A stretch of 64,000 nucleotides of DNA from an uncultured Planctomycetales bacterium. Lineage in GTDB: Bacteria > Omnitrophota > Gorgyraeia > Gygaellales > Profunditerraquicolaceae. The position numbers were made by a program, and so were the translations under genes. Below are positions 59,560-64,000 of this stretch, in pieces. The stretch spans positions 195,693-259,692 of the forward strand of contig CAZRVK010000003.1 in the NCBI GenBank assembly GCA_964603585.1, written 5' to 3'. The notes beneath the pieces are model-generated. The model was not told the origin of the DNA, made no database searches, and saw only the letters and a program-made list of their open reading frames with translations. The stretch's first letter is position 1. Each line of letters starts with the position of its first letter.

Positions 59560-60491
59560 TATTTTATCCTTTCAAGAACAGTATAAATGATCCCGCTGGC
59601 TATCTCTGGTTTGGGAAGTAAATATTTCCTGGCGGAAACAGAAAGATTCACTTTATTTTGCTTCTTTTGCACCTTTAAAGTTACTTGTGCTCCGTTTACC
59701 TCGCCAGTGATCAGTCCTTGGGATTTGTTGAAGTTAACGATTTTACCCATTTTTTGTACGGTTTCCCGGCTTATTTCATAGACCTGTTCGAGCTCCGAGG
59801 AGAAATCATATTCTGCGCTGTCTTTTGAAGTAAAAGTCGCAATAACTGCCACCGGTAAAATAGCCATTCCGGCTAAGGCAGAAACGCCGTAAATAGCCGC
59901 CCCCTGTATGCCTGCCGCTTTCATTGGCTCTGACAGGATCAAGGCGGTCAGCTGTTGAGCGCTGGTGATATTCTCATATTGCCGTTGTATTTTTAGATTA
60001 TAGGCATATACTGCGGGATTACTGCCAGCCGTATAATCTTTCAGGACGACCTGTCCGATATCCAGTTTCAATGAGTCTATCAGCAGGGGGATTTCCTCTG
60101 TTGGCTTATCGTTAGCCGGTTTTTTAACGATTTTTAAGGAATCAACATTCAATTCTCCCTTGCTGTTTTTTACCAGGACGACATCTTTTAATACGATATC
60201 GACTTTAGTCAGGTGCATTTTCTTTCTTAAAATGTTCCCGAGGTTATAATCCACATGGATTTTCGGTAGATCAAGGAGGACGCCTTTGGGGAAACTTTTC
60301 GGGTTATATATTTTAAGGCCGGAGATCCGGATTGCATGTTTTAAGATCCCAAAAGAGAAGCTATCGATATGAACCGGGGCTCCGACTACATGGGAAGCCG
60401 TGATAGTTACTGTTGATTTAATGATGGGGTCTTTTAGCAGGATGGCGCCAAAAACAAGTATTACTGTTAAGGCAAAGACCATTTTTTTCAT
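59559..60491 (-). CDS. hypothetical secreted protein (310 aa)
   Basis: Signal peptide MKKMVFALTVILVFGAILL. No recognised domain. Confidence 0.5.
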   Translation of the reverse strand: MKKMVFALTVILVFGAILLKDPIIKSTVTITASHVVGAPVHIDSFSFGILKHAIRISGLKIYNPKSFPKGVLLDLPKIHVDYNLGNILRKKMHLTKVDIVLKDVVLVKNSKGELNVDSLKIVKKPANDKPTEEIPLLIDSLKLDIGQVVLKDYTAGSNPAVYAYNLKIQRQYENITSAQQLTALILSEPMKAAGIQGAAIYGVSALAGMAILPVAVIATFTSKDSAEYDFSSELEQVYEISRETVQKMGKIVNFNKSQGLITGEVNGAQVTLKVQKKQNKVNLSVSARKYLLPKPEIASGIIYTVLERIK

Positions 60492-60672
60492 TTTCCTGCT
60501 CCTTTCTAAGAATACGCCTTAAAGACATTATACCGCTGATAGTTTAAATAGCAATAATTTAGCTTACTATAATTTCTGACAGGGACGATAGTGGAATAAA
60601 GTCAGAAAAAAACAGAATCACCCCATTTACATTTATAGTCCCGAATATTATTATAATAAAGTAATAAAGGGT

Positions 60673-60695
60673 AATAAAGGGGACGTTTCTATTTT
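60673..60695 (+). repeat. conserved 23-bp cassette motif, copy 1 (AATAAAGGGGACGTTTCTATTTT), preceded by a partial copy at 60663-60671
   Basis: Exact match to the family consensus. Confidence 0.8.
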
Positions 60696-60793
60696 TTTGT
60701 TGCTGGGATAGAGTATTAGATATAGCACTTATAATTTGCTATTTAGGATCGGTAGTTAGTATGTTATTTAGCCTGTTGAATACTAAATGATGT

Positions 60794-61036
60794 TTGAAAG
60801 TGGAGGTGGATGTGACGAAAGGAATAAAGTCATTTTTGAAGAAAAAGGATGGCAATAGGCAGAAAAGACAATGGAGCGATCCCATACTGATAAGGTTAGT
60901 GCAATTGAAGCATGATGAACTGATACTTGCTGGATGCAAGTATGACGCTTTGTGGGTGGATCCATCTACAAGCAACCCGGGTTGTATGATTGGCGGAATA
61001 TGCGGTTCTCCTTGCAGCACTCTTTCGGCTTCATAA
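60794..61036 (+). CDS. Cys-rich peptide family member P1 (start uncertain: TTG 60794 or GTG 60812)
   Basis: ...RQWSDPILIRLVQLKHDELILAGCKY...GCMIGGICGSPCSTLSAS shares the W-x-x-P-x-LI-x-LV, CK and terminal SAS pattern with P2-P7. Confidence 0.45.
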   Translation: MKVEVDVTKGIKSFLKKKDGNRQKRQWSDPILIRLVQLKHDELILAGCKYDALWVDPSTSNPGCMIGGICGSPCSTLSAS

Positions 61037-61147
61037 ACAGAGAACGAGGTGGCAATTATATCCTGGGGGCAGGCATTTTCAGCCCAGATTTCTTATTTAT
61101 TTCTAAATGTTTTGACAAGGTATCTTTATAAAGTATAATAATTGTTA

Positions 61148-61170
61148 AATAAAGGGGACGTTTCTATTTT
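61148..61170 (+). repeat. conserved 23-bp cassette motif, copy 2
   Basis: Exact AATAAAGGGGACGTTTCTATTTT, 47 nt upstream of the PepSY-like gene. Confidence 0.8.
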
Positions 61171-61216
61171 CTTATCCAAATTTAGCTGATTTTAATTTAT
61201 AACAAAGGAGGAGAGG

Positions 61217-61570
61217 ATGAGGTATTTAGCAGTAACAGGCGTGATCGCGGCCTTTTTATTCTCAATGGTATCTTTTGGGTATGCCCAGGATAAGAGTAAG
61301 GACGAAGTTATTTCTATCGCTATGGAAGCTTTAAAAGGGCAGAATATCCAATTAGAAGATGTGAGTGTTATTTATGATGAAGGCGGCAAGCTTTGGAATG
61401 AAAAAGTCGGTTATTTAGCAGAGGAAGATAAATCGCCAAACCATGGTATTTTAAGAAAAGGATTCTTGAAAAATTATAAAATAGTCTTATTCGATTTTAA
61501 AGAGCCGCTCCCGGATATTTGGGTATTTATCGATAAAGATACCGGAGAAGTCCTGGAAGTCTATAGGTAA
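61217..61570 (+). CDS. secreted PepSY-like small protein (117 aa)
   Basis: GGAGGAG RBS and signal peptide. Two motifs resembling PepSY (VISIAMEALKGQNIQLEDVSVIYDEGG ... FIDKDTGEVLEV). Confidence 0.45.
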   Translation: MRYLAVTGVIAAFLFSMVSFGYAQDKSKDEVISIAMEALKGQNIQLEDVSVIYDEGGKLWNEKVGYLAEEDKSPNHGILRKGFLKNYKIVLFDFKEPLPDIWVFIDKDTGEVLEVYR

Positions 61571-61591
61571 TAAAGGGTGGCGTTCCTGTTC
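61569..61591 (+). repeat. degenerate copy of cassette motif (AATAAAGGGTGGCGTTCCTGTT), copy 3
   Basis: 14/23 positions conserved. Overlaps the PepSY stop and precedes P2. Confidence 0.5.
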
Positions 61592-61621
61592 CTTTAAAAC
61601 AGGGAAGGGCCTGTGAAGATT

Positions 61622-61810
61622 ATGGGCTATAAGATAAGAAAACAGTGGAAGCAGCCTAATTTTATAGTATTAGTACGAATAAAAAAGCAGGAGGCAGTTC
61701 TTGCGGTCTGCAAGCTTTATTCGAACAGTGATGGTCCGGAGAACGTTTCATTTTCTGGATGTGGAGAGGCTAACCCATTTGATTTTTGCTATGATGACGC
61801 CCTGTCATGA
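61622..61810 (+). CDS. Cys-rich peptide family member P2 (alt. GTG start 61613)
   Basis: MGYKIRKQWKQPNFIVLVRIKKQEAVLAVCKLYSNSDGPENVSFSGCGEANPFDFCYDDALS. Confidence 0.6.
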   Translation: MGYKIRKQWKQPNFIVLVRIKKQEAVLAVCKLYSNSDGPENVSFSGCGEANPFDFCYDDALS

Positions 61811-61876
61811 CCAGTGATAATTATCGTTTATTTTTGCATACATATGGACGGGATGTTTCGAGTAAAAAGGCAGGGC

Positions 61877-61899
61877 AATAAAGGGGACGTTTCTATTTT
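61877..61899 (+). repeat. conserved 23-bp cassette motif, copy 4
   Basis: Exact consensus. Ends 7 nt before ATG 61906. Confidence 0.8.
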
Positions 61900-61905
61900 T
61901 TAGAG

Positions 61906-62112
61906 ATGGAATATGGCATGAATTATAAAATAAAAAAGAGCTGGAAGCAGCCTGCGCTGATACGGTTGGTAAGAGAAAGTAAGGAGGAGCGGGTACTTGT
62001 AACCTGCAAACTAGGAGTTGGTGTTGCAGTAGTTGGTCCTGATGTGTTGTTTGATTCGTGTATGCTGGGTGCAGAGTGTGATTTTAATTGTGACTCGTTT
62101 GCGGCATCTTAG
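61906..62112 (+). CDS. Cys-rich peptide family member P3 (alt. start ATG 61918 giving MNYKIKK...)
   Basis: M(EYG)MNYKIKKSWKQPALIRLVRESKEERVLVTCKLGVGVAVVGPDVLFDSCMLGAECDFNCDSFAAS. Confidence 0.6.
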   Translation: MEYGMNYKIKKSWKQPALIRLVRESKEERVLVTCKLGVGVAVVGPDVLFDSCMLGAECDFNCDSFAAS

Positions 62113-62154
62113 GGAGAAATGAACCAGAACTTAGGAACTTGAGTTTACCGTGTA

Positions 62155-62220
62155 GCAATAAAGGGGACGTTTCTATTTTCTTAGCGATCAATAAAGGGGA
62201 CGTTTCTATTTTCTTAGCGA
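62155..62220 (+). repeat. tandem duplication of a 33-bp unit carrying the cassette motif (copies 5 and 6 at 62157-62179 and 62190-62212)
   Basis: caataaaggggacgtttctattttcttagcgat appears twice consecutively. Confidence 0.85.
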
Positions 62221-62232
62221 TGAAAATACGAT

Positions 62233-62427
62233 ATGGATTATAAAATAAAAAAACACTGGAAGCAGCCGCACTTTATCGTGCTGATAAAGAATAAATTTGA
62301 GGAAAGGGTCCTTGTAGTTTGCAAGGTTAATCCTGGAGGCATAAGTAGCCCTGATGCTACGTTAAGTGAATGCAACCTTGATATAGATGGTTGTAACCCT
62401 GTTTGTTCAGTTATATCTGCGTCATGA
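62233..62427 (+). CDS. Cys-rich peptide family member P4
   Basis: MDYKIKKHWKQPHFIVLIKNKFEERVLVVCKVNPGGISSPDATLSECNLDIDGCNPVCSVISAS. Confidence 0.65.
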   Translation: MDYKIKKHWKQPHFIVLIKNKFEERVLVVCKVNPGGISSPDATLSECNLDIDGCNPVCSVISAS

Positions 62428-62446
62428 TTTCAGTAATAAAGGGGAT

Positions 62447-62469
62447 AATAAAGGGTACGTTTCTATTTT
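62447..62469 (+). repeat. cassette motif copy 7 (AATAAAGGGTACGTTTCTATTTT), with partial copy at 62435-62444
   Basis: One mismatch to consensus. Followed by cttagcgatg as in the tandem copies. Confidence 0.8.
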
Positions 62470-62489
62470 CTTAGCGATGAAAACACAAT

Positions 62490-62678
62490 ATGGATTATAA
62501 AATAAAAAAACACTGGAAGCAGCCGCATTTTATTATATTAGTTAGGAAATATAGGCCAGAGAGGGTGCTAGTAATTTGCAAGACGAAAAGTACGGGGCAG
62601 TATCCGGGAGTGGTGGAGGATTCATGCCAATCTTTGGATGTTTCCTGCGATAACTGTGAGATAACAGGATCTTCTTAG
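62490..62678 (+). CDS. Cys-rich peptide family member P5
   Basis: MDYKIKKHWKQPHFIILVRKYRPERVLVICKTKSTGQYPGVVEDSCQSLDVSCDNCEITGSS. Confidence 0.65.
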   Translation: MDYKIKKHWKQPHFIILVRKYRPERVLVICKTKSTGQYPGVVEDSCQSLDVSCDNCEITGSS

Positions 62679-62688
62679 TCTATCAAGT

Positions 62689-62711
62689 AATAAAGGGAAC
62701 GTTTCTATTTT
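62689..62711 (+). repeat. cassette motif copy 8 (AATAAAGGGAACGTTTCTATTTT)
   Basis: One G->A change relative to consensus. Confidence 0.8.
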
Positions 62712-62762
62712 TAGCCACACTTAGTTTTTCTCTCTTAGGATTAAATTACGATTAAACTAAAT

Positions 62763-62933
62763 ATGAATCATAAACTAAAGAAGCAGTGGAAGCAGCCTGC
62801 GCTGGTAAGGTTGGTAAGAGGAGATAGTAAAGAGATGGCACTATCGGGGTGTAAATCTGTTGACTTGACTGGGCCGATTAATTTCGCTCACGCCTGCGAA
62901 TGTCTGCTTTGTTCCGAATCAGTTATCTCATAA
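62763..62933 (+). CDS. Cys-rich peptide family member P6 (56 aa; below ORF-track threshold)
   Basis: MNHKLKKQWKQPALVRLVRGDSKEMALSGCKSVDLTGPINFAHACECLLCSESVIS, translated by hand from ATG 62763 to TAA 62931-62933. Confidence 0.55.
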   Translation: MNHKLKKQWKQPALVRLVRGDSKEMALSGCKSVDLTGPINFAHACECLLCSESVIS

Positions 62934-62954
62934 CTCTTAGCTTTGGAATAAAGG

Positions 62955-62977
62955 AATAAAGGGAACGTTTCTATTTT
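62955..62977 (+). repeat. cassette motif copy 9 (AATAAAGGGAACGTTTCTATTTT), with partial copy at 62947-62954
   Basis: Precedes the Cys-rich 65-aa gene by 77 nt. Confidence 0.8.
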
Positions 62978-63053
62978 TTTTAGCCGTAATATTAGGTGGT
63001 AGTTGAGTTTTTTAGCAGATGTCTGGCGAAATCAGGGGGAAGAGGAAGTAATA

Positions 63054-63251
63054 ATGGATTGCTCTAACAAGAGAATAAATAATTCGATCTGTAATTGCAG
63101 TTATCCGGGATGCCCCAGGCATGGTATTTGTTGCGAGTGCCTTACTTATCATCGGTCGAACAACGAATTGCCAGCATGCTATTTTGATAAAGAGTCCGAG
63201 CGGACCTATGACCGGTCTGTAGGATATTTTATAAAAACCAAGCTGCCTTAG
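63054..63251 (+). CDS. small Cys-rich protein (65 aa) distinct from the P family: C-x-C-x4-C-x4-CC-x-C, YHR motif
   Basis: ATG 63054 after a GGGGGAAGAGGAAG RBS. MDCSNKRINNSICNCSYPGCPRHGICCECLTYHRSNNELPACYFDKESERTYDRSVGYFIKTKLP. The track ORF from TTG 63003 is an extension. Confidence 0.5.
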   Translation: MDCSNKRINNSICNCSYPGCPRHGICCECLTYHRSNNELPACYFDKESERTYDRSVGYFIKTKLP

Positions 63252-63407
63252 AAAAGAACAAAAGAAGAACAAGACGTGTTGTATAACATGAATCTTATCA
63301 AATAGTTAGGAAACAAATATTTGGCAGTCTATCGTTATAATTGTTTTGTAACTGTTGGGAATAAAAGAGATATGCAACATGTCTTACGCCTTTTACGCCA
63401 TTAGATT

Positions 63408-63611
63408 ATGAACAAGTTATATGTGGATCATAAACTAAATAAGCCGTGGAAGCAGCCTGCTCTAATAAGGTTGGTAAGACATGTTGTGCAAGAGAGAGTG
63501 CTTGTGGTGTGTAAAGGTGTTGGGCCGGTGTTAAGTAGTGGCCCGAACAGCTCTTTTGAAGGATGCGATAATGCATGTGAAGGGCCGTGCAACACTATGG
63601 CTGTCTCTTGA
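63408..63611 (+). CDS. Cys-rich peptide family member P7
   Basis: MNKLYVDHKLNKPWKQPALIRLVRHVVQERVLVVCKGVGPVLSSGPNSSFEGCDNACEGPCNTMAVS. Confidence 0.6.
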   Translation: MNKLYVDHKLNKPWKQPALIRLVRHVVQERVLVVCKGVGPVLSSGPNSSFEGCDNACEGPCNTMAVS

Positions 63612-63646
63612 TCTTTAGTTCGTGTTCTTTTGAGATTAGATTCTTT

Positions 63647-63669
63647 GATAAAGGGACCGGTTATATTTT
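63647..63669 (+). repeat. degenerate cassette motif copy (GATAAAGGGACCGGTTATATTTT)
   Basis: 16/23 conserved. Followed 44 nt later by a 24-aa ORF (63713-63787, MVFSSKAALEGKSFLYSVNKICYY) that does not belong to the family. Confidence 0.45.
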
Positions 63670-63832
63670 TTACGTGATATTAGAGGTTAGTCACTTTTGG
63701 GATAGGTTTTTAATGGTTTTCAGCTCTAAAGCTGCCTTAGAAGGTAAATCTTTCCTTTACAGCGTCAATAAAATCTGCTATTATTAACTTTCCCTTTTTA
63801 CGATATTAAGCTATAATTGTAATAGTATTTTC

Positions 63833-63875
63833 GGGCCATTAGCTCAATTGGCAGAGCAGGACACTCTTAATGTTC
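63833..63875 (+). pseudogene. 5' fragment of a tRNA-Lys(CUU)-like gene (acceptor 5' strand, D-arm, anticodon arm; no T-arm or 3' acceptor within window)
   Basis: GGGCCAT TA GCTC AATTGGCA GAGC A GGACA CTCTTAA TGTTC, then unrelated sequence. No ATGGCCC 3' acceptor complement before the window end at 64000. Confidence 0.45.
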
Positions 63876-64000
63876 CATATCCCGCCACTATACCGTTGTA
63901 AATAATAGACTTACGATTTAAAGTGTGAATAAAATTGTGAATAGAATCAGAAATGCAGTTTATCTACGGATCCTTTTAAGTGGTCTTTAGATAGGTGAGA

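Noticed and set aside
60739-61020. Minus-strand ORFs (93 and 60 aa) opposite P1
   Set aside because: They are antisense to an ORF (P1) that shares the conserved family pattern with six paralogues. They have no family resemblance of their own.
60673-62977. Considered whether the repeated 23-bp motif array is a CRISPR array
   Set aside because: Repeat spacing is irregular (about 250-480 bp rather than 30-40 bp). The intervening 'spacers' contain paralogous protein-coding ORFs with RBSs. The repeats are not palindromic and no cas genes are present.
60673-62977. Considered a sigma54 (-24 GG / -12 GC) or classic sigma70 -35/-10 reading of the cassette motif
   Set aside because: There is no GG-N10-GC arrangement. 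With TATTTT as -10, the 6 nt at the -35 position are not conserved between copies, so no canonical promoter class fits. It is left as a motif of unknown mechanism.
63587-63787. 66-aa + ORF downstream of P7
   Set aside because: It spans the degenerate cassette motif and has a Phe/Ser/Leu-rich low-complexity translation. The only plausible coding piece is the 24-aa ORF at 63713-63787, mentioned in the features.
57455-64000. Looked for integrase, transposase or phage genes to support a mobile-element call for the accessory segment
   Set aside because: No ORF in the window has integrase (R...HxxR...Y), DDE transposase or phage structural signatures, so no mobile_element feature is called. Only the tRNA-flanked 'island-like' observation is reported.

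Overview
Mostly a conserved housekeeping region of a low-GC, LPS-producing (Gram-negative-type) and probably anaerobic bacterium, ending in an accessory segment (~57.4-64 kb) that holds the most novel feature. Housekeeping content on the + strand: metK (truncated by the window start), ahcY, pfkA, a class II aldolase-family gene, the ilvD-ilvB-ilvN-ilvC-leuA block, aroE, a prepilin peptidase, malQ, a PFOR (porGDAB) operon with ferredoxin and a ferritin-like gene, hisG, a split transketolase, ispE, glmU, prs, rplY, pth, rpsF-ssb-rpsR-rplI, dnaB, a CHASE2/HD-GYP sensor, and bamA-skp-lpxD-lpxC::fabZ-lpxA-lpxI. Two complete tRNAs are absent from the ORF track: tRNA-Gln(UUG) at 39347-39417 and tRNA-Arg(UCG) at 57382-57454. 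On the minus strand at 28.2-32.3 kb is a GspI/GspJ/GspK-like minor pseudopilin operon whose GspK/PilX-like member is a 997-aa protein with a Tyr/Gly-rich tail. A 33-aa, very basic bS22-like peptide with a strong RBS lies in a gap in the ORF track at 35390-35491. The accessory segment starts right after tRNA-Arg and ends at a 5'-truncated tRNA-Lys-like fragment (63833-63875). It first carries four unrelated secreted or membrane hypothetical proteins. It then carries a tandem cassette array of at least seven paralogous 56-80 aa peptides. These share a conserved N-terminal region (K-x-W-K-Q-P-x-[LF]-I-x-L-V-R ... E-R-V-L-V-x-C-K) and hypervariable Cys/Ser/Gly-rich C-termini ending in A-S or S-S. 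Each cassette is preceded by a conserved 23-bp DNA motif (AATAAAGGG[GA]ACGTTTCTATTTT, at least 9 copies including one tandem 33-bp duplication). A secreted PepSY-like protein and a distinct Cys-rich 65-aa protein are interspersed. This looks like a multi-precursor RiPP-like or secreted Cys-rich peptide family with shared cis-regulatory cassettes. No SPASM, lanthipeptide or YcaO maturase is visible in the window.
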